A stretch of 64,000 nt of DNA from a virus (taxonomy: Duplodnaviria > Heunggongvirae > Uroviricota > Caudoviricetes), in IMG/VR virus record IMGVR_UViG_3300013936_000289, positions 280,064-344,063 of that record; one strand, 5' to 3'. Shown one piece after another: positions 17,538 to 29,715 of this stretch (positions within the stretch are counted from its first letter, which is position 1; each line of letters begins with the position of its first letter). The translations under genes were made by a program, and so were the position numbers. Below the pieces are notes generated by a model. It was not told where the DNA came from, ran no database searches, and was given only the letters and a program-made list of their open reading frames with translations.

Positions 17538-18563
17538 TTAAAAAGGATTTTCATTATTAATAGTTTCATATGGAGTTTCACCTTTTTTTATTAAACTTGC
17601 TCTATCTTTATCTGGAACATGTTCTTCACAATAAGGACAAATCCATCCTTTAGTTATATATTTTGCAGGTTTACCGCATACTATACATGTATTATAAGAA
17701 ATAGTTTCATATTTGTTTATAATATTATGTATTTCTTCTGTATCTCCCATAGAATACCAACGGAGACTTCCGTATTTCTCTTTAATCTGTTCAATCCTGT
17801 AATTCAATAACATACGTATTCCTTTTACATATGCTATTATATAAGAAATAAAAATTTTATTTTTAATTTCTTTAGTATATGTATGCAATAAACTATTCCT
17901 TATGTCTCTACATATATCTTCACCAAATCTTATTCTCCATCCTTTATCTAATGAATCTAATTCTGTATAAGATGGTAATATATGAAATAATCCTAAAAAT
18001 GAATTTAATTTCTTATATAGATATAATTTAATATTTGCATATTTAATTATATTAACTGTTACATATTTAAATAAATTATCTTTAGCATCATCTATTGATT
18101 TAACCGAAACATATATAACAGGATTTATAATATCTCCTGATAATGTTTTCCTTGTTGTTATATAAAATAATGCATTATATATAATATGATATTCATCTAA
18201 CTTATATATAGTATTATATATTTCTTTACCATCACGAATTACTGTTAACTCTATAGAACAATTTGGAATATTATGATGCCTTAATGTTATATTGGAACCT
18301 TTATAATCAAAAGATATTGTAGTTTTCCTATCAACATTATCTTTTTTTACTAATAATGATTTTAATTCGTTATTAAAATCATCTTCTTTTAATACTTTTA
18401 TTGATATTGTTTTAATACCATTATTTCTTAAATCCCAAATTTTATTTGATATTTTTCTATTATTATAATGTTCATCTGTAAATCTATTTCTTGGATACAA
18501 AAATGGATATTTAATACATAACCATGTATTCTTTAATATCTTCTTAATATTAAGTTTTTTCAT
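17538..18563 (-). CDS. hypothetical phage protein with C-terminal Zn finger
   Basis: EQIKEKYGSLRWY and CIVCGKP...GWICPYC motifs typical of a phage family. Confidence 0.75.
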   Translation of the reverse strand: MKKLNIKKILKNTWLCIKYPFLYPRNRFTDEHYNNRKISNKIWDLRNNGIKTISIKVLKEDDFNNELKSLLVKKDNVDRKTTISFDYKGSNITLRHHNIPNCSIELTVIRDGKEIYNTIYKLDEYHIIYNALFYITTRKTLSGDIINPVIYVSVKSIDDAKDNLFKYVTVNIIKYANIKLYLYKKLNSFLGLFHILPSYTELDSLDKGWRIRFGEDICRDIRNSLLHTYTKEIKNKIFISYIIAYVKGIRMLLNYRIEQIKEKYGSLRWYSMGDTEEIHNIINKYETISYNTCIVCGKPAKYITKGWICPYCEEHVPDKDRASLIKKGETPYETINNENPF

Positions 18564-18565
18564 AA

Positions 18566-19456
18566 TTAATTTATATTATTATTTAGATATTCCTCTAAAT
18601 TATTATATAACGGAACATTATATTTATGACATGTTATTTCAACATTACCATATCTATAAAAATCTTTTTCACATATAACTACCAACTTCCCTGATTTCAT
18701 AAACAATCCCATCTCCAATAATGTAATAGGAGATTTACTTGTTCCTAAAATATTCATCAATATAATATCAGATTCTTCAAGATGATTTAATTCCCAATTA
18801 ACTTGATATTCGAATTCATCTGATTTATAATCAGGCCAAACATTTCTTCGAGGATTAAATATCACGCATCTCTTATTATGTTCATCAAGGAATTTACAAA
18901 GATAATTCTACCAATCTACCGAATTTCCCATATCTATTGTTCCTGCAAGAAATATCTTTGGAACATCATTAAATTCATCATTAATATCTTGAACTTCGGA
19001 ATCTGGTTTAATCTCTTGTATATTAGTATATTCAAACATATCATTATCTGTTGTTTGGTTAATCTTTCCATTAAGATAATCTGCAATATCTTCCAATGTA
19101 TCTAATATAATTCCTCCATTCTTTTTAACAAGATCAGATGTAGCTTTACATGATTTAACCATAAACTTTTCCATTCCATCATATAAGACGCAGAATAAAG
19201 TCTATGCGGGTTTCTTATTAGATAAATCAACAACTTCTGCAATAGAGAAACAACCTTGCATTTCTTTCGTAATTACAAACAAATTATAATCATCGTTCTC
19301 TTTATGCCAATTCTCGATTACCTGACATTCTTCTGTCCAATCATCAACTACAGGGTTAAAATATGTTATATTATACTAATCCAACATAGGCATTAACTAA
19401 TCTCTCCATGTAGATTCCGCACATGTTCCTCCAAGGAATACATTATACTTTTCCAT
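18566..19456 (-). CDS. tandem nucleoside 2'-deoxyribosyltransferase-like domains, 296 aa (code 15)
   Basis: Two repeats: VFLGGTCAESTWRD(Q)...FNPVVDDW and IFLAGTIDMGNSVDW(Q)...FNPRR; ORF-track fragments are in frame. Confidence 0.75.
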
Positions 19457-19534
19457 AAAAATAAAAAATCTAATTTTACAATAATTTATACTGTAAAATT
19501 AGATTTTAGTTTTAATATATTACATAAAATTATA

Positions 19535-20440
19535 TTATAATGAAACTGATAAAAAAGAAATAACATGTGCAGTTACATTTTTCGCACCTTGCCAGCGTGG
19601 CGTTGGATCACTAAAATGTACACAATAATTATAATTATTATTATACTCTAAGCAAGTCCAATAATAATAATTACCAAATGTAGTTCCGTTTAACTATTTC
19701 TTCTTATTATTTATAAGTGTTTTATTATTAATAAACGCTGTCATTTCACCAGGTGAAGGTAAATACCAATCTCCTGGTTTTGTACCTATTGTTGAATATG
19801 CAACACAAGAACATGCTGCTGGACAATATCCAGCACCAGGATTATTAGTAATTCCATTACATAAACGTGAATCCTAATTATATGACTTATCTAAACATTT
19901 CTATGTATTTATTTTACCACCAACACATGAAGTTTTATCTCCATATCTATTTCCTATTGTTACACTATAATTACCAAACATTATTTTTCGATTTTCCTAA
20001 TCAGTATCTCTTGTTAACTCAAGATGCTCTATATCATATGTCATATATTCAAGAGCAATAAATCGTGCAGTTTCAACAGCGTCATCTGATTGATCACCTT
20101 TTTCAAAATTTTCCAAAACAGAAGGAATTACACAAATAGCAATAGCTATATTTTTCTTATCATCTGTTGTTTCATCTAATGTTAATTTACCATCAAGTGT
20201 TGAATATAAAACATCTCCAATTTCAAAATTCTATTTAATTGATGATGAATCAATCTTTAATGGCTTCATATTTATATTTTCAACATGTATACAGTTTGGT
20301 CCTGGATGTATTTCATTATAAAATGTTAAATTATCTGATGTATTCTTTACATTAAATACATAAGCGCCATCTCCATGTTTAATTGAACATATTGTTTCGT
20401 CTAATGCTTTTTTAGTACCACATAATTTTATATATTTCAT
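19535..20440 (-). CDS. DUF1566/Lcl-C (C-type-lectin-like) domain protein, 301 aa (code 15)
   Basis: CPAACSCVAYST...GDWYLPSPGEM...YYYWTCLEY motif after joining across TAGs. Confidence 0.65.
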
Positions 20441-20510
20441 GATTAGATTAGAAAAATATACTTTAATATATTTATCAATTAACTAATATTACAATATGAT
20501 ATTCTATAAT

Positions 20511-20987
20511 TTAATTAACATATGTATAATTCTTCATAACTCTATCAAGATTTCTCTTATTATCTTTTTCCTTAATAGAATCTCTCTTATCATATTCTTT
20601 TTTACCTTTACATAAAGCAATCTCTACTTTACATAATCCTCTTTCATTTATAAACATTCTCACAGGAACAATTGTAATACCCGGAATTCTTGTTTCCCTA
20701 TATAATCTTTTAATCTCATTCTTATTCAGAAGAAGTTTTCTCTGACGTCTTTCTTCATGTTTAATATATCCACTATTTTCATATGGTGCTATATAAGAAT
20801 TTGTCATCCATACTTCCCTATTATCTTTAACATAACAGAATGTATCTACAAGAGATGCTTTACCTTGCCTTATAGATTTAATCTCTGTTCCTGTTAATAT
20901 AATACCTGCTATAAATGTCTCTATAAAAGTATAATCAAAATATGCTTTCTTATTCTTTATATTAATATTTGTCTTCATAACCTTCAT
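20511..20987 (-). CDS. smpB: SsrA-binding protein SmpB
   Basis: [29 protein letters not shown]...[10 protein letters not shown]...GKKEYDKR. Confidence 0.95.
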   Translation of the reverse strand: MKVMKTNINIKNKKAYFDYTFIETFIAGIILTGTEIKSIRQGKASLVDTFCYVKDNREVWMTNSYIAPYENSGYIKHEERRQRKLLLNKNEIKRLYRETRIPGITIVPVRMFINERGLCKVEIALCKGKKEYDKRDSIKEKDNKRNLDRVMKNYTYVN

Positions 20988-21039
20988 TATTTAATAACTC
21001 TATATTACTATATAATAAAAATATACAATAGTTCATAAA

Positions 21040-22863
21040 TTAGCATTTATTAAATTCATATTGTATTATTCCACTACCATAACATTTTACTATAAATTTA
21101 TCATTCTTTTTTGCTAATACTGTATCATCTTTCTTAACTTTAAATTCTGTATAATTATCAACAGTTTTTAAATAATTACTATATTTCTTTATATTATAAA
21201 TATCACCAATATCATTATTAACATCTATAATTATTTTATTATCATATTTTAAAAACTTTATAAAATAATATATAATATCATTTATATAATAATTATACCT
21301 TGAACATATTTTAATAATATGCATATTTGTTTTATTATAATTAAATCCTATAACATATATTAATTTATCATTTACAAATAATCCATACTTTTCAGAAACT
21401 CTTTTATTATTTCTATCCAAATCATAAGTTTTTAAAAAATTCTTATATGTTTTATTATCAATAGACTTAATTTCATAATTATTATTTAATATAATATAAT
21501 TATCTATTTTATCTGTATATATCTTTAGAATATTAGTAATAAAACTTTCATTATGTTTAATATCATATTCCCAAAACGATAATAATTGTATATCTTTATC
21601 TTTACATAAATTATATTTGTTTATATGATAATCTTTATCTTTTTTATCTGTACTGTGCCAATATGTGCCATTACATTCTATTCCTATTTTATAATCAGGT
21701 AAATAAAAATCCAATTCTTTTGGAGCTATTATTTTTCTATCATGTTGAATATAATTTATTTTTAAATTATCTAATATATCTTTCATAATAGTTTCAATAG
21801 AAGTTTGTGGATTTCTTTCAGGATTACAAATTGGACATAATACTCCATACATATATCTTGTCGTTGAACACCTATTATGAAATTGATCATGTGTTAAAAT
21901 GAATTCTTTATGAATATCACATACATTAATAAATTTATATTGATTGTTATTAATTAACTCAATATTAAACCCTGTTAATTTTTTTATCTTATTAATTGTT
22001 TTTAAACGTTTACCTATTGATTGACATTCATGTGAACAATATTTCATAAATCTACTACTAAACTGAGATCTATCTTTTTTAAACATTAAAAGTTTCCCAC
22101 AAACTGGGCATCTTGGAATATGTTTTAAATTTTCTAATACCATATAAATTGCTTCATCATATGACCTATATTCTTCTTTAAACTTATTTTTTAAATATTC
22201 CTCAATTTTATCATGACCATACCATATACCTTTAAATAAACCGCCTTTCTTATCTAATGATTTTATATAATCATCAGTTATTTCTGGTAATAATGAAATA
22301 TTTTTACATCTATCTGAACATACATCATCATAACCATTTATTAAACTTAAAAATTTTACTTGTTTATTACATACTTTACACTTGGGTATTTCAAATATAT
22401 TATTACATATTCTATAAATTACTTCCCCAAAATTTTTAGTATCTTTATATCTATTTAATAAATAATTCTCATATCCATGTTCTTTAATATATTTAATTTG
22501 TAATTTATTTGTGTTTATCTTATTATTCTCTAAATAATCATTTTTAATTATATCATCTGTAATAATATTATTACTTTTTTCTTTTATATATTTTTTACTA
22601 CAACTTACTGAACATGATTCTCTATAGCCCGTTCCATTTATATATCTAACATATTTCCCACAATTTGGACATACTGGATGTGTTTCTATATGATGTTGAA
22701 TTCTATATAATGTTTCGCAATAATCATCATTACCATCAGTATAACGATTATCTAAATAATTTTTTATTTCTTGATTACTATTTATAATTTGTTTATAATG
22801 AGGATTAATTTTATCTTTACTTGTTATAAATCGCTGTATTATTAAATTATCATTCATTGACAA
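21040..22863 (-). CDS. large putative homing endonuclease (repeated CxxC Zn modules plus Vsr/DUF559-like nuclease)
   Basis: CPNCGK/CKVCNK/CPVCGK repeats; ELDFYLPDYKIGIECNGTYWHS. Confidence 0.7.
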   Translation of the reverse strand: MSMNDNLIIQRFITSKDKINPHYKQIINSNQEIKNYLDNRYTDGNDDYCETLYRIQHHIETHPVCPNCGKYVRYINGTGYRESCSVSCSKKYIKEKSNNIITDDIIKNDYLENNKINTNKLQIKYIKEHGYENYLLNRYKDTKNFGEVIYRICNNIFEIPKCKVCNKQVKFLSLINGYDDVCSDRCKNISLLPEITDDYIKSLDKKGGLFKGIWYGHDKIEEYLKNKFKEEYRSYDEAIYMVLENLKHIPRCPVCGKLLMFKKDRSQFSSRFMKYCSHECQSIGKRLKTINKIKKLTGFNIELINNNQYKFINVCDIHKEFILTHDQFHNRCSTTRYMYGVLCPICNPERNPQTSIETIMKDILDNLKINYIQHDRKIIAPKELDFYLPDYKIGIECNGTYWHSTDKKDKDYHINKYNLCKDKDIQLLSFWEYDIKHNESFITNILKIYTDKIDNYIILNNNYEIKSIDNKTYKNFLKTYDLDRNNKRVSEKYGLFVNDKLIYVIGFNYNKTNMHIIKICSRYNYYINDIIYYFIKFLKYDNKIIIDVNNDIGDIYNIKKYSNYLKTVDNYTEFKVKKDDTVLAKKNDKFIVKCYGSGIIQYEFNKC

Positions 22864-22969
22864 AATTTTAATATTTATATATTATATAATAAATTATGGA
22901 AAAAGTTATATAAAAAGATTAAAAATAAAAAATAGGTTAGAATATATAATTCTAACCTATTTAAATATA

Positions 22970-25900
22970 TTATGAATTTTGTAATGTATCTCTACGATTC
23001 AACGTAATTCTTTGGACAATGCGTTCCATTCCATGTGACATTATAACACTTATGTCCACTATTCCAAAATCTTCTGCTATGATGTCCGGTGTGTTGTTTG
23101 ACTCATCACATACGATTTCATAACTTTCAATCGCATTAGACAATTTCATAGTTTCGAGAATTGGAGTAAGCGCAGTAACAACTGAAGCACGAACTGCTGG
23201 AGTGTTATACAAGAAGTTATATTGCTTAAGAACATCCTCACATGCAATTTCAAGAGTATTAAGGTTCTCGCGAACATGTAACTTATTGAAATCACTCTTT
23301 GTTGTTTGATAACATGTTTGATTACCGTAGATAAGTATATTATTACCTTCCTGAATAATTGTATTAACTCCGAATGGTTCAAGATAATTTCTATCTGTAG
23401 TATCTGCATTAAACTCAATACCAGAAACATCAGAATTTCTAATGATACCGTTTCTATTAGCTGCAATTACATACGGATCACCTCCGTTGAACTTACGGAT
23501 AAGCACGTTACATACATCAGCTGCAGGTGGAACATTAATCTTTCTACCGTTTACATTATATACTAAGTGAGGCCAGAAAGCTGCTGCGAACTTAGAACCA
23601 TCATCTTCTGTAGGAAGTGTAAACATTGTAGTTGAATACATATCAGTATTACCACCTTGAGGAATATACTTAGTATCGAATGAAGGTTTTGTATAAACAC
23701 CCTAATCATAAGTATCGCAGAAACATGGATCTATAGAAAGTTCAAACTGTCTCTTAGATGGAAGATTAAGCAATGCGGTTGTCTTCATACGATCTTTAGC
23801 GAGAATTGCAAGGTATTTCTTACCACCCATTTCATTTGATAAACCATATGACATTGAATCAACGATATAACGATAATCAACCATATTAGGATTACAAAGT
23901 CCTCTGTGAATTCCGTCGTCCTCGAGCATTGAATAAATCTTCTCAATACCTCCTTCAATATCAAGTTTACCATATTCATCAAAACCTGGACGGTGCTTAG
24001 CAGAAATATGTAAACCTTTAAGTGGAATAAACTTTAAGTTATGTGAAATCACATCATTTGTAATAGCTTTCTAGCGAATAACATAATTAGTCTTACTAAT
24101 ATAAACAGGGTCTAATGTAGTGAACAAATAGAAACCGCGTTTACCAGATTTTGTTTCAATTAAATTACCGTCACTAGTTTTACTAACATTAATATGATAT
24201 TTAGTACCTTTATAATTAAATTCATTTCGAGCATCAACGTTAATAAATACTTTTGTAATAACTCTTGTAATACCTGGAATCAAATTATATTTTTCTGCTT
24301 CACCTTGATTATTATAGAATGAAATGTTATTAACGTAATCACCAACTGAAATATTACTTGCTTCATTATCATCCGTAATGATAAATGAATTTAAATTAGT
24401 ATCTGTTACAGGAACTGCATCATTATCATATAAATCATTATAAACCAAATTAATTTTTTCAGAAGTTTCAGAATTATTTGTATAACCATTGAAATAACAT
24501 GCATGATATACATTAGAAACAACTTCATTAATATGTTCTGTTATATAATTATATGATAAGAAGTTTACACCGAAATATGTAGGAGTATCAGATTTAACAA
24601 GTTTATACATGAGATTCTTATTATTGAATAATGTATCCACTTGCTCCAAACCTCTAATGAAGTAATCATTACCACCATAACTGAAAGTATATCCTCCTGC
24701 TGTTGCATTTGTAAATGAATCTGTTTTATGATCTTTAAAATTAGTAATTGAAACTTTTTCTAATTTATTTCCTTGTGTACTTGTTGTTATTGTATCAATA
24801 TCTCTGATAACTGCATAAGCATTAGCTTTATTACCGCCAATTACAGCAAATAATTGTACTGATTCATTTTCAACAGAAGGAATTGCATATGTACCATAAT
24901 ACAAAGTTTTATCTTCATATACGTAAATATCATTTGTATCTTTTACGACTGGTACTTCCTTAATAAATAATGATTTATCATCTGTTGATATAACATCAGA
25001 AACAATAGCTTGATTTGTTGTAAATTTCTTTCCTGTTGAATCTAACTTATAAACTTTATCTTTTATATTATATGAAACATTTAAATTTGGTTGCGCATAA
25101 ACAAACTTTTCTTTTATTAAATTTGTTAATGTATCACCAGTGGATGTTTTAAACTTATTTATACTATTTTCGTCTAATATAATATAAAAGTTCGCTCCAT
25201 ATCTGCTATTTTTTGCTTTAACTGGCTAATTAGTTTTTGTATTATAAATGGCAAATGCCTTCATTGGTTTATCATTGTTTGCATATAAAACTCTAACTAA
25301 TGCTGATGGTACTACATCATCTGTTAAATTTGCAGTTTCTCTACCATTAAATGATAAGCACCATGCTTTCTGACTATTAAACGTAGGGTCTTTAATGTCT
25401 GGATCAAATGCTTGTGTCTTTTGGAAATAATATGAAGGTACAACTATACCTGCATTTTCTATATCTGAAGCACTCATATCGCTTTGCGGATGTGCAAGAT
25501 TCAAATAATAATTATCTGAATAAATACCTGTCTGAAGATTATGTCCAACCATATCAACAAGATACCCTGACTCGTTAATCTCACTTTCTCCAAGTTCTGA
25601 TTCTGCTTGTTTATTTCCATCGAAATCAAATACCCATGTACCTGTACCGTTTTCATTACCTGTCTCAACATCAACGCCATTCTTATCATATGAAATAACT
25701 TGAAGAGCATCTTCATTAACAGACATCAAAAGGCCAGTACGTTCTGTATTAGCATTTACCTTTGATTCAATATACATGTAATTACCTTGTTTATCAGTAA
25801 AATCAGGAATAATAGTACCTGTCCAAGAACCAATAAATGTTACGCCTTCTGCTGAACATAAAGATGAAACTTTTGATTTAATTACACCTGTTTTGTCAAA

Positions 25901-26731
25901 ATATTTACTCCAAATAGGATCACTCGCAAGAACAGGATAATTTGTCCAGTTACCTTTAATAGCAACAACTCGAATAAAATAATCAGAAATATAATCTGAT
26001 GGACGAATCCATCCATAAGGGATGTTCTCATCACCACCCCACCATTCTTTAGCAGTTACATCATAACCAGTAATATTTTCAGGCTTATAAACAAGAATTG
26101 AAATTTCATCTGTACCGGTATTAGCAAAATTAAGTAAGTTCGTATGTTCATATGAACCTTGATCATTACTTAACAATCCATTAGCTGCAACACCTTGAAG
26201 ATTATTCTTGGAAGGAACCCAGAATCTAGCACGGTCAAACAAACTTGCATATGGAGTTTTACCTACATAAGGAATTACTGCACCTTGTGTTGTACCATAT
26301 AACTTATTATCAATAGTTTCCGCCTAATAATCGTATTCACCATATGTCTTTCCTGCATTAACAACTTTAGGATTAGGTTTACATGAGTCTAATGACATAG
26401 TTGCATAGTTTACCTAATCAGGACCATCAATTGATTCATCAACCTTCAATAAATTAAGAGCTAATACAGGGCCTTCCTTAAGCATAGTCTATGCCATTCT
26501 ATTAAAGAAACAACCTTTCTACTCAAGCTTACTGTCAATATCACCAAAGATCTTCTGACGTTCAGATTCATATTGCATGAATACAGGACGGTTGAATGGA
26601 CCTTTGTTATTAAAACCAGGTAACAAACGAAGTGAAGTAGGATTAGTTACTTCTCTCTGTGAGTTATCGATTTCTATAGTATAAATACCAGCTGATTTTA
26701 TAGTAGATAAGTCAATAGAAATTTTTCCCAT
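22970..26731 (-). CDS. contractile tail sheath protein, 1253 aa (code 15)
   Basis: Five ORF-track pieces are all in one frame, separated only by TAG (7 TAGs); N-term SAGIYTIEIDNS, C-term LHVRENL..F.YN..CDESNNTPDII. Confidence 0.9.
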
Positions 26732-26852
26732 ATTATGTTTTATTAAATAAATTTTCTTTTTATTATTTATCTATTATTCTTAACTGAATAAATTTAGAAT
26801 AATAACTATAAACATTTTTATATTTATAAGATAGTAAAACAGTATAAAATAA

Positions 26853-26885
26853 AAAATGCTAACCTATAAAAATAGGTTAGCATTA
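26853..26885 (-). terminator. terminator hairpin upstream of tail sheath
   Basis: AATGCTAACCTAT-AAAA-ATAGGTTAGCATT. Confidence 0.6.
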
Positions 26886-26915
26886 AACTCATCAATTATT
26901 ATAGTATGAAAGAAT

Positions 26916-27938
26916 TTAATCTTCCAATGTCATTACCACTGATAATGTTACTGTTGAATCTTTATCACATGAATCCTTTACTTCTGTTGCATGAATATAT
27001 ACATCAGGAAAATCATACTTTTCTTTAAGTGCTTCTGCAATATCATCAAGAATTTTATAATTATCCACTACACATGAACAAACTTCATGTAAATCAACCT
27101 GAACAGATGCAGGAATATTACCTTCTCGTGGATATACAACATAATCATGAGTATTTTCATCCTCAAGAATTGCGCAAATCTTATCAAGAAGAATTTTCTT
27201 AATTTCATTCCAATCAATCTCTTTCTTCTTTTCAACAGGTTTTGCTTCAGATTTAAGTCTATCAAGAACAGACGGTTTAACTTGTTCTTGCTCTACTACA
27301 GGTTTTACCTGTTGCATATTAAGATTATTCTTAAACTTAATCTTACGAGATTTCTTATCCTTTACTTTATTTTTACGTGTATACTTAGGAATATTTACGT
27401 CATCGCCTATAGTATCAAAATATTCTGGATGATCTTCCTCTTTAATCTTTCCGTGCTTTACAGCTTCATCATATTCAGGATCATTATCCTTATTAATACT
27501 AGTATAAAGTGAATCATCGTAAGAAACACCTCCATCATCAACATTCAAATCAATATCTGCAACATTATCATCTTCAATAGGCATTTGAACATCAATGTAA
27601 ATCTTATCTCCATCAATCTTCCAATTCTTAATAAACTCATCAGAAATACCAAGTTTTGAAAGTGTATCTGATGCAAGATCTTTGAGATCTTCTTTTTTAT
27701 TCTTAAGTTTAGACTTAATATCTTTACACTTATCCTTACAATCAGTAAACATATCTTCTGTTACCTTATACTTATTCTCTATACCCAATACATCACAGAA
27801 TGAATCCATAATACTATTAGTAGAATCGATAACTTTCTTTTTGTCTACATTAGACAACTTACCAAATTCATCCTTAACAGATTTCAACAACTTCTGATCC
27901 GCGTTAGACAAGAGTTCTGAAATATTCTCTTTCTTCAT
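26916..27938 (-). CDS. hypothetical acidic/lysine-rich protein
   Basis: ORF track 340 aa with phage-like codon usage. Confidence 0.75.
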   Translation of the reverse strand: MKKENISELLSNADQKLLKSVKDEFGKLSNVDKKKVIDSTNSIMDSFCDVLGIENKYKVTEDMFTDCKDKCKDIKSKLKNKKEDLKDLASDTLSKLGISDEFIKNWKIDGDKIYIDVQMPIEDDNVADIDLNVDDGGVSYDDSLYTSINKDNDPEYDEAVKHGKIKEEDHPEYFDTIGDDVNIPKYTRKNKVKDKKSRKIKFKNNLNMQQVKPVVEQEQVKPSVLDRLKSEAKPVEKKKEIDWNEIKKILLDKICAILEDENTHDYVVYPREGNIPASVQVDLHEVCSCVVDNYKILDDIAEALKEKYDFPDVYIHATEVKDSCDKDSTVTLSVVMTLED

Positions 27939-27996
27939 AATTAATTCAATTTAAAAATTTATGTTATTACTTTTAAATATTATATAATAATTATTA

Positions 27997-29127
27997 TCAA
28001 ATGTCTAATCCATCTAACATATCATTAGAAAAATATTTAGACCAATATATCTTTTGTGTATAATTATTATCACGACACCATTTAATCACGTCATTAATAT
28101 CCCATTTAAACTTATTAGATGAATATGGATTTTTATTTGGTAATCCTAAATCTTTCTTTAGTTTCTCCCACATAAAAACATTATATCCTTTCTCTAACAT
28201 TTTCATCGCATGTTCATTTCCAGTTTTATCAGAATCATATACAAACCAAAATGGTAAATCAATTCCTATGGATTTAGAGGCTCCTGACGTTGCTATACAA
28301 TTTGGTAAAAGAAATGCATCAAATGGACCTTCTGTAACAAGAATAGGCCTATATAAATCAATATTAAATATATTAAATACAGTTGATAATGCTTCTACAT
28401 TTGACGGTATTTCAATATCATCTTTTAATATCTTATTATGAATTTTTGATAAAGACATAGTAAGATACTTCGCTTTTTTCTTTCCTGTTATATCTCTTAT
28501 TTGAATACCGAATACTTTATCTGTATCAACTATATTTAAAATAACTATATATTTCCCCCTTGGATCATATAAAAAATTATTAAAATTATATTGACATCTA
28601 TCTATTAAATAATTATATCCTTCTACAGAATTTATATTATTTTTATCAATCTCATATAATCCTAAATATTTCTTTATATAATCTTTCTTTACGGAATATT
28701 GTATAACAGAAGATTTATCTAAAACTTCTGATGTAACTTCATTTGAATTTGTATGGAATGGTGTTAAATTAGTTACATGTTCATTAACATAAGAAATTGC
28801 GGATAATGACATCGGTACATCAAATGCTCTAAAAAAATTATTAATTTTCATAAATTTTCCACAATTGAAACATTTAAAATTTCCAGACCAATTTCCTTTA
28901 AGAATAAAATGTGCACGTTTCTTTCTTACATCTGTTGCTGAATCACCACAAAATGGACATGCAAAATTTAAGCCATCTACTGTCTTCTTTATTTGTTGCT
29001 TATATGGAATTCCTCTAAATTCATGTTGTAATATCTCAGACAATTTTGATGTTGTCTCTTCATAAAACTCATCATCTGACATATTCTTAATTGTCAAAGA
29101 TGATGTATCAAATATATTACTATCCAT
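27997..29127 (-). CDS. DNA primase (T4 gp61-like)
   Basis: NFACPFCGDS..FKCFNCG Zn finger; TOPRIM LVTEGPFDA...YDSD. Confidence 0.88.
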   Translation of the reverse strand: MDSNIFDTSSLTIKNMSDDEFYEETTSKLSEILQHEFRGIPYKQQIKKTVDGLNFACPFCGDSATDVRKKRAHFILKGNWSGNFKCFNCGKFMKINNFFRAFDVPMSLSAISYVNEHVTNLTPFHTNSNEVTSEVLDKSSVIQYSVKKDYIKKYLGLYEIDKNNINSVEGYNYLIDRCQYNFNNFLYDPRGKYIVILNIVDTDKVFGIQIRDITGKKKAKYLTMSLSKIHNKILKDDIEIPSNVEALSTVFNIFNIDLYRPILVTEGPFDAFLLPNCIATSGASKSIGIDLPFWFVYDSDKTGNEHAMKMLEKGYNVFMWEKLKKDLGLPNKNPYSSNKFKWDINDVIKWCRDNNYTQKIYWSKYFSNDMLDGLDI

Positions 29128-29215
29128 ATTAACATTTATACAATGTATATTCTTTTTAGTCTGTTTTTATAAATATAGATTATTAATAAATATTTAAATA
29201 TATAAATTATATATT

Positions 29216-29671
29216 ATGAAATTAAGTAATAATTTTTCTTTAGAGGAACTTATCAAATCAGATACAGCTAATAAATATGGAATTAAAAATAATCCAAATC
29301 AATTGGAATTAATCAATTTAAAAAATCTTGCAACTAAAATTTTACAACCTATACGTGAAGCATATGGTAAACCTATTATCATAAGTTCTGGTTACCGTTG
29401 TTCATAGTTAAATTCAAAAGTTGGTGGCGCAAGAAATTCGGATCATTTATTTGGTGCTGCTGCTGATATACATACAGTTTCTAACACATATGAAGATAAC
29501 AAAAAATTATGGGATTTAATTATCACCTTAAAGAATAAAGGTAAGATTTCATGTAGATAGATTATTTGGGAATATGGTAATAAAAAATTAGGTCCCAAGT
29601 GGATTCATATAAGTGTAAATCATATAAAAAATATACAAAAGAAAAATCAATTAGTTTTTGTTGGTATTTAA
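29216..29671 (+). CDS. peptidase M15 family endolysin, 151 aa (code 15)
   Basis: SSGYRCS(Q)LNSKVGGARNSDHLFGAAADI...(Q)IIWEYG...WIHIS; both TAGs read as Q. Confidence 0.88.
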
Positions 29672-29715
29672 AATATAAAAGGATAGAGATGTATTTCTCT
29701 ATCCTTTCCTTTATT

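Noticed and set aside
22970-26731. Split ORFs as pseudogenes or frameshifts (sheath, sbcC, AAA, tnpB, endolysin)
   Set aside because: All fragments are in one frame and separated only by TAG, often at conserved Gln positions; this is recoding, not decay
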